From Candidatus Atelocyanobacterium thalassae (lineage in GTDB: Bacteria > Cyanobacteriota > Cyanobacteriia > Cyanobacteriales > Microcystaceae), in contig JBFPLN010000003.1 of assembly GCA_051971635.1 (NCBI GenBank), positions 352,001 to 416,000 of the forward strand: 64,000 nucleotides of DNA, given 5' to 3'. Positions 24,191 through 34,409 of this stretch are shown piece by piece (the first letter of the stretch is position 1; each line of letters starts with the position of its first letter). The notes beneath the pieces are model-generated. The model did not search any database. It was not told where the DNA came from and was given only the letters and a program-made list of their open reading frames with translations. Made by a program: the position numbers and the translations under genes.

Positions 24191-26398
24191 TTAAAATCTT
24201 TCTCCGATTCCAAAATGGACACGCGAATCACCTTCATTATTAATTCCATAATCTACTCTAATTGGTCCAACAGGTGATTGTATTCGAAGTCCAATTCCAT
24301 ATCCATAGCCGTCACTAGGCAACCCTCTTACTACACCAGGAATTCCACGCACAGATCTTTGAGATTTTATTGTTGTACCATAATCAAAGAAAATAGAAGC
24401 CCCTACTGCAGGAATGATAGGAAGACGATATTCTGCTGTAGCTTGAAAGTAACTACGTCCATTTCCAACTTCTCCTTCAGCATAACCTCGTATTGAGTTG
24501 CTTCCACCAATAACGAAGGCTTCATAAGGAGGTAAATCTTCGAAGACTGTACCTAACTGTACGTTAAAGGCAAAAGCTTGAGGTTTAGGCTGGTTTTCTT
24601 CAATAAATCCTAAATCAATTAAATTAACTGGAATATAGTAACTATAATTTCCTCGTAAACGTGTAAAACCAATACTACCTGAACCAATGGGTAGCGTTTG
24701 TTCCAATCCTAGACGTATAACATGTCCACTGGTGGGTCTTAAAGGATTATTTCGAAAATCTTGGGCTGCAGCAAAGGTTAATGTATATAAATCATCACGA
24801 CCTGAGTCACTAAAAGAAAGAGGTTGTTCCGGATAACCATTTATAGGAGCAGAAAGAGGAGCAATATCTCCATCAGCGTTTTCTATTAATACTCGCTGAT
24901 AATTTAATCCAGCAGTTAATCTCCAATCAGGTTTACTAAAAGGATCTTCTCCTAATGGACGTGCAAAAGATACTCCTCCTCCTGTACGTATAACCCTAGG
25001 GCTATCAAAACCATTCATAGTTCTGATTGAACTATCATCTCCATCAAATACAAGAGAAATAGTACGACGACGAAATCCATTTACAGTGTAAGCTGTACGA
25101 TATGGGTCTCCTGCAATCCAAGGATCTGTAAAATTAACATCAAGAAGTAATTCTCTCTCACCAACTTGTATTTCACCACCAATAGTTTGTCCATTACCTC
25201 CTAAATTCTGTTCTTGATAACTTATTGTTCCAAATAATCCACTACTAGAGCTTATCCCAGTTCCAGCAGCTAGTGATCCAGTATTCCCTTCTACCAAATC
25301 AACATTTACAATAACTTCTCTTAGATCTTCTCCTGGACTAAAAGAAATTCTTACATCTTCAAATAAACCTAAACCAAATATACGTTGTAGATCAAACTGA
25401 GCTGTCTTTCGATTGAATACACTACCTGGTTTTAGCCGCATTTCTCGGGTAACTATAAAATCACGAGTACCACCATTTACAGGCTCATCCTCAGCATTGA
25501 AAAAACGGACCTTTATATTTTCTATGACTCCTTCAGCAATAATTAAAGTGATTATACCATCGTCGCTTACTGCAGGAGAACCTATAACTTGAGCAAGATC
25601 AAATCCTTGTTCGGCATACCATTCATTGATTTTTTTGATACCCTTTTGAAGATCTCTAAGATTAAGAGTCTTATTATATTGTTGACCAAAAATTTTCTGA
25701 ACAGTTTCAGGCAATAATGCTCTTTGATCTTCAATATCAGGAACTGTATTGACAACTACTTGTTTTAGAACTGGATTAACTTTAACAGCATAGGTGATTT
25801 GCACGCCTAAAGGAGTATCAGTAGGAGTAACTTGAACATTTGCAAAGTAACCAGTTGCATAAATAGCATTAACATCCTGTTGCAATTCAGAACGTGTAGT
25901 TGTACGCCCTGGCTTAGTTTGAAGGATATTATATATTAAGTTTTCTAATTCTTCATCTGCTCCTTTAACTATTACCTCAACTACTAAAATTCTTGGTTCT
26001 TCTTCTAATGTTTCTTGTTTTTTTATTTCACTTATTTTTGTTTCTTGTAAAGTAAAAGTGTCTGATAAGTTTATATCTTCAAATTTATTAGATGAAGATT
26101 TTTCTAATTGAGCAGTATAAAAAATTTTCTGTAATTCTGAAATCGATTTTGTAATAATTGTATTTCTTACAGCTGATACTTTGAGATAAGAGTTAGTTAA
26201 ATTCGATAAATTATCAGAATATTTTCTTTGATTTAAATGACTAAGAAGCTCTTGTTGAATTTCTTGATCATTTAAGTCTTGTGTAAATAATATATCCTGT
26301 CCTTTAACAGGTTTACTTATTGAACATACTGTTGTTGTGAGAATAACTCCTAATAATCGAGAAAAATGTAACTTTTTGATCTGGTTTACCACTTCCAC
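24191..26398 (-). CDS. bamA: Omp85/BamA outer-membrane protein assembly factor
   Basis: POTRA-like segments, EQNLGG, GGSNSIRGY, SPVGPIRVDYG and C-terminal HFGIGERF; GTG start. Confidence 0.93.
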   Translation of the reverse strand: MEVVNQIKKLHFSRLLGVILTTTVCSISKPVKGQDILFTQDLNDQEIQQELLSHLNQRKYSDNLSNLTNSYLKVSAVRNTIITKSISELQKIFYTAQLEKSSSNKFEDINLSDTFTLQETKISEIKKQETLEEEPRILVVEVIVKGADEELENLIYNILQTKPGRTTTRSELQQDVNAIYATGYFANVQVTPTDTPLGVQITYAVKVNPVLKQVVVNTVPDIEDQRALLPETVQKIFGQQYNKTLNLRDLQKGIKKINEWYAEQGFDLAQVIGSPAVSDDGIITLIIAEGVIENIKVRFFNAEDEPVNGGTRDFIVTREMRLKPGSVFNRKTAQFDLQRIFGLGLFEDVRISFSPGEDLREVIVNVDLVEGNTGSLAAGTGISSSSGLFGTISYQEQNLGGNGQTIGGEIQVGERELLLDVNFTDPWIAGDPYRTAYTVNGFRRRTISLVFDGDDSSIRTMNGFDSPRVIRTGGGVSFARPLGEDPFSKPDWRLTAGLNYQRVLIENADGDIAPLSAPINGYPEQPLSFSDSGRDDLYTLTFAAAQDFRNNPLRPTSGHVIRLGLEQTLPIGSGSIGFTRLRGNYSYYIPVNLIDLGFIEENQPKPQAFAFNVQLGTVFEDLPPYEAFVIGGSNSIRGYAEGEVGNGRSYFQATAEYRLPIIPAVGASIFFDYGTTIKSQRSVRGIPGVVRGLPSDGYGYGIGLRIQSPVGPIRVDYGINNEGDSRVHFGIGERF

Positions 26399-26862
26399 AC
26401 ACTCAATAAAGCTATAGCGTTTTTACTGTTATCTGTTGCCTATTGTCAACCTCAGTGATAGCTAACAGCTCTAATAGCCGGGCCATACCACCTAAAGGTG
26501 TCTAAAACTCTGACTATCACAATAATAGAATGTTCCGAAAAAACAAGTTTTTTGAAAAAGAATTATTATCATATTCATATATAAAGACTTTTAGCTTAAT
26601 TATAAAATCTATTAAAAATAATTTTCTATATCAGTTCATTTCTATCTCTATATAAAATTCTTGTTTTAAGAATATAAAAAAAGTATTACATTAGTAATGT
26701 TAACTCATACAAGAAATTGTTTACTTTTTCTTAATTTAAAGTAAACAACACTCTATGGTAAAAATAAAATCCAAATTTATATAATTAATATGTACGAAAA
26801 GGATAGCCGAAATTAGTCTTTAGACAAAAAGTATGATTATTTCAAATACTTTTTCTAGGTAT

Positions 26863-27615
26863 TTATAATAACGAAGCTGAATCTCTATCTAATAACAAGA
26901 CTGCATTAGAATGTTCTCTTAAAAAGGAAGAAGGACAATGTGAAGAAATATTTTCTTGTAACATTATTTTTGTGATCTTTGCTTTATTTTTTCCAGTTGC
27001 TAGGCAAAGAATCTTGTTTACTGACAAAATCATCGGAATAGTTACAGTTAAAGCATATTTTGGAACTTCGTCAATAGATTCAAAATGATTTTGGTATACT
27101 TGAGACCAACGAGTATTTAGATCAAGTTCAGTAATTTTTACTAAGTCAAAATCATTAAAATTTTTTATTTGTGGCTCGTTAAAAGCTAAATGCCCATTAG
27201 CTCCGATTCCTAAGAAACAAATATCAACTTGTTTCCTTTTTAGTAGTTTAGAATACCGCTCACATTCTTTTAAAGGTTCTGATGAACCTCCAGATAAATA
27301 GTGGAATGATTTAGCTTTAATACGTTTTTCTACTTTTTCATAAAGATAAGTGCGAAAACTAGCAGGATGTTCCCTATCAATATCTAGATATTCATCTAGA
27401 TGAAAAAAATTAATACGTGACCAATCAATTTCTCTTGAATTTGTTAGAATTTCAAGAAACTTGATTTGAGAATCACCTGTAGCAAGTAAGATCGTAGCTT
27501 CATCTTTTTTGTGTAAAACTTCTATAAGATAATTCTGCGTAATTCTAGCTGCTTCAGCTGATACAGCATTATTATCTTTATGTATCTGAACAGTTAAATA
27601 ATTCATTGTTAACAT
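26863..27615 (-). CDS. nagB: Glucosamine-6-phosphate deaminase
   Basis: LATGDS, FHLDEY, LGIGANGHLAFNEP, ATGKNKA and CPSSFL. Confidence 0.88.
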   Translation of the reverse strand: MLTMNYLTVQIHKDNNAVSAEAARITQNYLIEVLHKKDEATILLATGDSQIKFLEILTNSREIDWSRINFFHLDEYLDIDREHPASFRTYLYEKVEKRIKAKSFHYLSGGSSEPLKECERYSKLLKRKQVDICFLGIGANGHLAFNEPQIKNFNDFDLVKITELDLNTRWSQVYQNHFESIDEVPKYALTVTIPMILSVNKILCLATGKNKAKITKIMLQENISSHCPSSFLREHSNAVLLLDRDSASLL

Positions 27616-27743
27616 TTGATGAATTTTTATATGATATTTACTGTATCTAAATAACAGATAACAGAACTTTTTCTATTTTTATCTAATTTGAATAATATTA
27701 AAAGCAAATTAGAAACATTTTCCTAGCCAAGATTATTTAAATA

Positions 27744-28997
27744 TTAATTTTTACGATAATATAAATCCTCTCTTTTTCCCATGGCAAAAGCTAAAGATGT
27801 TTTTACTGTCCGGTTAGACTGACTAATAAACAGGACAAATGCAATCAAAGCTAGATTGCTACTAAGAGTAAAAATAGTTTGATAAGTGAGTTGACTTCCT
27901 AAAATACCTATTATTGGTCCTGCAAGGGCTATTCCAAGATCATAACCGCCAAGACAAACAGAGTAGACTTGACCTCTTTCTTGAGGAGATGAACGGTCAG
28001 AAACTAAGGCAATAATCATAGGCATAAGAATTCCTGCTCCTATTCCTTCAAAAATAGCAGCCAAACATAATTGTTGATTTCCTGTTGCTTGAGTTAATAG
28101 GATCATTGAAACGAAATAGCAAAGAATACTAATTGTAATAAACAATCCACGGCCAAATCTATCAGCTACCCTACCTAAAAAAATTCTCGATAAAAAGCTT
28201 GTAATAGAAGCTAACGTATAAAATAAACCTGCATTAAAATCTAATCCTTTCTCTTCTAAAAAAAGAGGTAAAAAAGTTATTATGGTACCAAATAACAATC
28301 CAACTAATAATAAAACCAATGTTGGAATTACTAGGGAATGACTAGATAAAATTTTATAAAAGCTGTGAGACAAATTATTATTGTCAGTATCAGAAATATC
28401 ATAAGAATTAAAATTAGATTCTTTTCTCATTGCTGCTACTAAGAGTAACCCTAAAAAACCACAGCTTGCCGAAACAGTGAATAAACTAATATATCCAAAA
28501 TTCTCTTTTAACCAGTCTCCAAAGATAGGGCCAATACTCATACCAATAGGTGTTACTAAACTCATATAACCAATTATTTTCCCCCTATGTTTTACAGGAG
28601 AAAAATCTATTACTAAAGCACTGTAAGCTGTAGTAAAGGCAGAAATACTAATACCATGAATCGCACGAACAATAACTAAAGGAAAGATTGTTTGAACAAT
28701 AAGATAATTTAATGGAGATAGAGTTGCAATAATTACTCCTATGTAGAGCACTAATTTTCTACTTTTAGTATCAGCTAAGTAACCTAATAGTGTGCGAGAA
28801 AATAATGATCCTACAGCGAAACTACCCAAAATCAAACCAATTTGAGGTTTTGTACCACCAAGATATTCTATATATGTTGGTAAGGTGGGTAATAAAACTG
28901 TAATGCTAATCCAAAAAAATAAGCTTACTCCTAATAGAAGTCCTAAGTTCTGTTTTTGTCGAAAATCAAGATCAGTATAATCCATTAAGATGTCCAC
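27744..28997 (-). CDS. MFS transporter
   Basis: About 12 TM segments; motif A variants GYLADTKSRK and GRVADRFGR. Confidence 0.9.
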   Translation of the reverse strand: MDILMDYTDLDFRQKQNLGLLLGVSLFFWISITVLLPTLPTYIEYLGGTKPQIGLILGSFAVGSLFSRTLLGYLADTKSRKLVLYIGVIIATLSPLNYLIVQTIFPLVIVRAIHGISISAFTTAYSALVIDFSPVKHRGKIIGYMSLVTPIGMSIGPIFGDWLKENFGYISLFTVSASCGFLGLLLVAAMRKESNFNSYDISDTDNNNLSHSFYKILSSHSLVIPTLVLLLVGLLFGTIITFLPLFLEEKGLDFNAGLFYTLASITSFLSRIFLGRVADRFGRGLFITISILCYFVSMILLTQATGNQQLCLAAIFEGIGAGILMPMIIALVSDRSSPQERGQVYSVCLGGYDLGIALAGPIIGILGSQLTYQTIFTLSSNLALIAFVLFISQSNRTVKTSLAFAMGKREDLYYRKN

Positions 28998-29134
28998 AGA
29001 GAATATTTAACTCATAATAATATTGTTTTTAACTAAAAAGCTATTTAGTTAAATTAAATAAAATCTGTAAACACAATGATTATAGACCGAACCTGTTAAG
29101 AATTAGTGTTAAGTTAAATATATATATGATATAT

Positions 29135-29168
29135 AAACTTTTAATATTCAGTTGAATATTAAAAGTTT
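29135..29168. repeat. 16-bp perfect inverted repeat with a 2-nt spacer, in the divergent MFS/exoD intergenic region
   Basis: AAACTTTTAATATTCA-GT-TGAATATTAAAAGTTT. Confidence 0.85.
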
Positions 29169-29390
29169 TAAAATTATTTTTTCCTACTTGATGGAATTTT
29201 TATATCTGCAATTTTTTTAAGATAACTTACAAGGAAATTGTAAACTAAAAACTCAACAGAATAAATATTGCTATTAATACTTTGGGACTTAAACAAAATT
29301 AATATATTACCTATTAAAGTATAAAAACTTAAGTTTAGAAGGCAATTTACATACATTATTTTTTATCGTAAATATTTAAATTTAGATATT

Positions 29391-30014
29391 ATGGCTAAAC
29401 TATCAACTGAATTGGAGCAACACTTTTTCCAAGAAAAATTATTAAATGATATTAAATTGATTGATATTCTAGAATTAGCTGGGAAAAGAGTTTTCGGCTT
29501 TTTATTTGTAATTTTATCTATTCCTTCTGCTCTACCAATTCCAGCACCTGGTTATTCAATTCCTTTTGGAATATTAATACTTATTTTGGCTGTTCAATTC
29601 GTTCTAGGAACTAGAATTCCTTGGTTTCCTAAAAAGCTATTAAATAGCTCAATAAAATTAGAAACTGCACAAGCCTTTATAAGGAAAAGTCAACCATGGT
29701 TAAAACGTATTGAGTTATTAGCTCGTCCTCGCATGACTTATGTTTGTACGAATACAATAACACGTATTTTTATTGGTTTAATAATTATATTAATGTCAAT
29801 TTCTATGATGATTCCTATTCCTGGGACAAACACATTACCTGCAGTAGGTATTTTCATAACAGGTTTTGGTATACAAGAAAACGATGGATTAGTTACTTTT
29901 CTTGGACTAGTAGTTTGTTCAATAGCTAGTATTTTGTCCGCATCTATTCTTATGGTTGCTATCTGGGGTGGAAGTACACTTATTGAAATATTTAAAAATT
30001 ATCTGATACTTTAA
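29391..30014 (+). CDS. exoD: Exopolysaccharide synthesis ExoD family membrane protein
   Basis: FGFLFVILSIPSALPIP, PWFP, LARPR and PIPGTNTLPA..DG. Confidence 0.87.
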   Translation: MAKLSTELEQHFFQEKLLNDIKLIDILELAGKRVFGFLFVILSIPSALPIPAPGYSIPFGILILILAVQFVLGTRIPWFPKKLLNSSIKLETAQAFIRKSQPWLKRIELLARPRMTYVCTNTITRIFIGLIIILMSISMMIPIPGTNTLPAVGIFITGFGIQENDGLVTFLGLVVCSIASILSASILMVAIWGGSTLIEIFKNYLIL

Positions 30015-30209
30015 AAATTACTTAGAACTTATCAATAAAACGCTTTAGTTCTACTAAAAAGAATATGATATTTTCTAGAGACTTACAGTAAAAATATATT
30101 TTGTTTTTGATTACAGTGATAAAGCAACTTGTTTTATTTACTTTTGAATTGAAATCGTTAATATAATAACAATAATTTATAATTATTACTAATTAAATAA
30201 TAAATAGAG

Positions 30210-31265
30210 ATGGCAAAAGTATCAATCGGTCTATTATTTGGCGGATCTTCAGAAGAACATGCGGTTTCCATTAATTCAGCTAAAGCTATCTTTCAAGCAC
30301 TACAAATAGGTGATAATTGCTTTAAGTACAAGATCATACCTGTTTATATACAGAAAAACGGTATTTGGATAGCTGGAGAAATAGCTAAACAAGTCTTAGA
30401 AACCAAAAATGCTTTGTCGACAATACCCTTACGAGAAGAGGAAAAAATTCAACTATGGCAATTTCCAATTGAAGTAAATCAAGTAGAAGTCTGGTTCCCA
30501 GTTTTACATGGACCAAATGGGGAAGACGGAACTATTCAAGGTTTGCTAAAACTAATGCAAGTTCCTTTTGTCGGAACTGGTGTCTTGGGATCGGCAATAG
30601 GAATGGATAAAATTGCAATGAAAACAATGTTTTCACAAATAGGATTGCCTCAAGTTAAATATTTAACTCTTGAATATTCTAAATTGTGTTCTAATGCTCA
30701 ATATAGTTCTCAACTATATGATGAAATTAACATCAAATTTGGATATCCATGTTTCGTTAAACCAGCAAATTTAGGCTCTTCAGTTGGAGTTTCAAAAGTT
30801 TATTCTGATAATGAGTTATGTATTGCTTTAAAAAATGCAGCTGCTTATGATAATCGAATTATTATTGAAGAAGGAATTACTGCTAGAGAATTAGAGTGTG
30901 GAGTTTTGGGAAACGATAATCCTAAAGCCTCTGTTGTAGGAGAAATCACTTTTGAAAATGATTTCTATGATTATGAGGCTAAGTATAAAGATAGTAGTTC
31001 TAAAATACATATTCCTTCTCAATTACCAAATTGCATAATAGAAAAAATTCAACAACTTGCTGTTCTGGCATTTACAGTACTCAACTGTAGAGGATTAGCT
31101 AGAGTAGATTTCTTTTATATTGAAGAAACTCAAGAAATTTTTATTAATGAAATTAACAGCTTTCCAGGTTTTACAGAGTCTAGTATGTATCCAAAATTAT
31201 GGATGAAGACAGGATTAGATTTTCATGAACTAGTAAATGAGCTAATTGAATTAGCTTTAAAATAA
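30210..31265 (+). CDS. ddl: D-alanine--D-alanine ligase
   Basis: FGGSSEEHAVS, LHGPNGEDGTIQG, MDK, KPANLGSSVG, FYDYEAKY and NEINSFPG. Confidence 0.97.
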   Translation: MAKVSIGLLFGGSSEEHAVSINSAKAIFQALQIGDNCFKYKIIPVYIQKNGIWIAGEIAKQVLETKNALSTIPLREEEKIQLWQFPIEVNQVEVWFPVLHGPNGEDGTIQGLLKLMQVPFVGTGVLGSAIGMDKIAMKTMFSQIGLPQVKYLTLEYSKLCSNAQYSSQLYDEINIKFGYPCFVKPANLGSSVGVSKVYSDNELCIALKNAAAYDNRIIIEEGITARELECGVLGNDNPKASVVGEITFENDFYDYEAKYKDSSSKIHIPSQLPNCIIEKIQQLAVLAFTVLNCRGLARVDFFYIEETQEIFINEINSFPGFTESSMYPKLWMKTGLDFHELVNELIELALK

Positions 31266-31346
31266 ATTATTTAGAAAATTAATTTTAAGAAGAAGTATAA
31301 AGAACGAATACCTACAGGCAAAAGACAAATATCCAACAGCCATTTT

Positions 31347-32699
31347 TTATTTTTTGTATTCTAGTAAAGGAATACTATATGAAGTAAACTTTACTTTATT
31401 TAAGGCATTAATAATTAATTTTTCATCGTTAGGCCAATAACTTTCATCTAACCTAATTAATTTTTTATTTTTTTTATCTTGAAGAAATATGAAAATTGGT
31501 ATTTTAGTCTGATTACTTTTTCCAGCATGCCCAGATAGGATAGATTTTAGATTCTGACAAGATACTTTATTAGTTGCTTGTTCCTGATTCAAATTAATAA
31601 TGACTATTTTGATAGAATCTAAATTTTGGGCATTTTCTATAATTATTTGTACTTTATCGTCTCGGAAATCAACTTTTCCCCAAATAATTAATACAGAATC
31701 TTTTACTAAAGTATCCTTAATTTTCTTATAACTATTTGGAAAGCAAACTCCTTCAATCTGTCTTGAAACATCTTCTAAGGTAAGAAAGGACATTTGATCT
31801 CCCTTTTTAGTTGTATATTCCTTAATCTCATTGATTATAGATACAATAACAACTTGTCTTTTAGCTTTTTGGATCACTATTTCGTCGAAAGAAAGTGGAG
31901 AGAGTATTGAAACTGATTCTTTAATTATTCTTAAAGGATGTTCTGAAACATAAAATCCAAGATACTCTTTCTCAAATTTAAGTTTCTCTTGTAAAGAAAA
32001 ATCTTCAACTATTGGAGAACTTGGAACATCTTCATATTCTAAATTTAAGTTAGAACTGTCAGGGCTATTAGTGATTAAATCAAAAATATTTAATTGACCA
32101 CTTTCTTTATCCTTTGCTCTTTTTTGTGCCCAAGATATTACTAAATCAAGATCATTAATTAACTGTTTACGATTACTGGCTATGCTATCAAAAGCACCAG
32201 AATAAATTAAAGTTTCTAATGCCCTTTTATTAACAGTCCTTGAATCGGTATGAGAACAAAAATCTGCAAGAGATTTAAAATTGGTAGTTAGTTCTGTTCT
32301 GGCTTTTAAAATACTTTCTATTGCACCCTCTCCTAGATTTCTAACGGCTGATAATCCGAAAAGAATTTGATTTCTTAAAGGAGTAAAGTCTTTTAGAGAA
32401 AGGCTAATATCTGGAGGTAAAACTTCAATACCCATTTTTTGACAATTTTCTCTGTATTTTTCTACTTTATCTTGATTATCACTGTTGGCACTTAGTAAGG
32501 CAGTCATGTATTCAACAGGGTAATTAGCTTTTAAATATGCTGTCTGATAGGTTATGTAAGCATAAGCAGTGGAATGAGATTTATTAAAACAGTTAGAAGC
32601 TATTAAACCATTATTTAATATAAAATTATGATCTTTTTCTATACCAATATCAAATACTTCATGAATTCCTAAAGATTTACGACGTATAATTTTAGCCAT
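31347..32699 (-). CDS. dnaE-C: DnaE-C: C-terminal half of split DNA polymerase III alpha, led by the 36-aa C-intein
   Basis: MAKIIRRKSLGIHEVFDIGIEKDHNFILNNGLIASN|CFNKSHSTAY..YLKANYP, followed by HhH/OB-fold regions (FGLSAVRNLG, EKEYLGFYVSEHP). Confidence 0.97.
   Translation of the reverse strand: MAKIIRRKSLGIHEVFDIGIEKDHNFILNNGLIASNCFNKSHSTAYAYITYQTAYLKANYPVEYMTALLSANSDNQDKVEKYRENCQKMGIEVLPPDISLSLKDFTPLRNQILFGLSAVRNLGEGAIESILKARTELTTNFKSLADFCSHTDSRTVNKRALETLIYSGAFDSIASNRKQLINDLDLVISWAQKRAKDKESGQLNIFDLITNSPDSSNLNLEYEDVPSSPIVEDFSLQEKLKFEKEYLGFYVSEHPLRIIKESVSILSPLSFDEIVIQKAKRQVVIVSIINEIKEYTTKKGDQMSFLTLEDVSRQIEGVCFPNSYKKIKDTLVKDSVLIIWGKVDFRDDKVQIIIENAQNLDSIKIVIINLNQEQATNKVSCQNLKSILSGHAGKSNQTKIPIFIFLQDKKNKKLIRLDESYWPNDEKLIINALNKVKFTSYSIPLLEYKK
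32592..32699 (-). other. DnaE split-intein C-fragment (Int-C)
   Basis: 36 aa; block F VFDIG...HNF and terminal ASN, followed by the +1 Cys of CFN (32589-32591). Confidence 0.95.
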
Positions 32700-32885
32700 A
32701 ATTTTCTAATGTAAAACTTTAATTTTTTTAACTTAATATTAAACTTTATATTATTAATATCCAAAGATTGATTATTAAAATTTAAATAAAAATAGAAACA
32801 AATTATTCATAGCTATTGTATTTATATAATATGTTTCATAACATTTTTTAAGACAAGCTAATTGATTGTTTTGTATTATAGGATT

Positions 32886-34013
32886 TTAATATAAATCGTA
32901 TTTTAATAAGGTACAGTTTAAAGAACCATTATAAATTGGAGTACGATTAGATGCTCTTAAGCCAATTTGTTGAGTTAATTTTTTATCTTCACTTAAAATA
33001 TAAGCTACCCATCCTTTAAAGCGATGTTTGAGTACATCTCCTAATAGTTTGTATAATTTCCCTAATTCTTGAGAGTCTCCTATACGCCTACCATAAGGAG
33101 GATTACATATAATAATTCCTTTATCTGCTGGTGCTTCAATATCTTTTAAAGCTATTTGAATAAAATCAATATATTTTTCAATATTACATCTTTTTGCATT
33201 AATCCTTGCCTGCTCTATTACTGATAAATTATGATCACTGCCAAAAATAGGTGCTTTAAGTTTTTTTCTCTGTTTTTTGACTGCCTCATTAATTATATTT
33301 TTATAAAGTTTTTCATCAAAATCTGGCCAAAATTGAAATCCAAAAGATTTTCTATTTAATCCCACAGCCATATTTAAACTTTTCAAGGTTGCTTCAATAG
33401 GTATAGTTCCTGATCCACACATAGGATCTAATAAACAAATATCAGGTGTCCATTCTGCTATATCCAATAGTGCTGCAGCCAAACTTTCTTTAATAGGTGC
33501 GAGTCCCATAGCTGCACGATATCCTCTTCTATGTAAACTATTTCCAGAGCTATCTAAACTTAGGATGCATGAATTGTCGTTAATATGCGCATTTATTAAA
33601 ATCTCAGGATTTTTAGTATCAATAGTAGATCTTTTATTAAAACGATCTCTTTGCTGGTCAATAATAGAATTTTTAATTTGTAGAGCAGTAAAGTGAGTAT
33701 GATTTAACTTTAAGTTTTTCCCTGTACAATTTACTGCAAATGTCTGTTCTGTCTTTAAATATTGAGACCAATCTATTTTGCCAACATTATCATATAGTTC
33801 TAGCCCATCATTACATCTAATTGTAAAAATAGGCATTAGAAAACGAAGAATAGTTCTTGACCATATGTTTACTCTATATAACAAGGATTTATCACCTTGA
33901 AAATATACTCCTGCAAATGTAATTTCAATACTCTTAGCGTTTAAATTTTTTAATTCCTGAGCAGCCACTTTTTCCAATCCTCTAGCGACAGTGGCGAAGT
34001 ATTGATTAGGCAT
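32886..34013 (-). CDS. THUMP-domain SAM-dependent RNA methyltransferase (RlmL-like)
   Basis: RGLE, SLDSSGNSLHRRGYR, APIKESLAAA, DPMCGSGT and NPPYG. Confidence 0.9.
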   Translation of the reverse strand: MPNQYFATVARGLEKVAAQELKNLNAKSIEITFAGVYFQGDKSLLYRVNIWSRTILRFLMPIFTIRCNDGLELYDNVGKIDWSQYLKTEQTFAVNCTGKNLKLNHTHFTALQIKNSIIDQQRDRFNKRSTIDTKNPEILINAHINDNSCILSLDSSGNSLHRRGYRAAMGLAPIKESLAAALLDIAEWTPDICLLDPMCGSGTIPIEATLKSLNMAVGLNRKSFGFQFWPDFDEKLYKNIINEAVKKQRKKLKAPIFGSDHNLSVIEQARINAKRCNIEKYIDFIQIALKDIEAPADKGIIICNPPYGRRIGDSQELGKLYKLLGDVLKHRFKGWVAYILSEDKKLTQQIGLRASNRTPIYNGSLNCTLLKYDLY

Positions 34014-34409
34014 TAATTTAGTGATTTTGTAGAATAGTTCTTATAGACTGTCATAACTCACCTAATATTTTTATTGTTAAAAATTAGTCTATCGCAAATA
34101 TTAGAGTGCGATTATATTACCTATAGTAGTTGGATGATAATACTGTAAAACTAATCTATTCTTATGAATTACGTCAATAAATAATAAACTTGTTGATAAA
34201 ACCAATTTCTAGGAGAAACATTACTGTTAAAAATTGCTTTATAGATAAGATATTTGAAATTTTCATAACTATGATTGATACAAATCTATTATAACAAATT
34301 CTTGAAATCAACACTTGGGAATAAACCCTAAAGCCAATAATCATTACAAGAATAAAAAGCTTTTATGATCTTTTATTATTTAATAATGTATTGAATTGAC
34401 TATTAAACT

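Noticed and set aside
26470..26520. Remnant of the purC 3' end upstream of bamA (minus strand reads VRVLDTFR, compare RVLDKDRFR)
   Set aside because: The match is only a few residues and cannot be told from chance without a search; it is kept only as an alternative to the structured-leader idea.
29174..29356. 60-aa minus-strand ORF, and likewise 38335-38529 (+) and 50445-50678 (-)
   Set aside because: They have AT-rich, spacer-like composition with no RBS or motif support.
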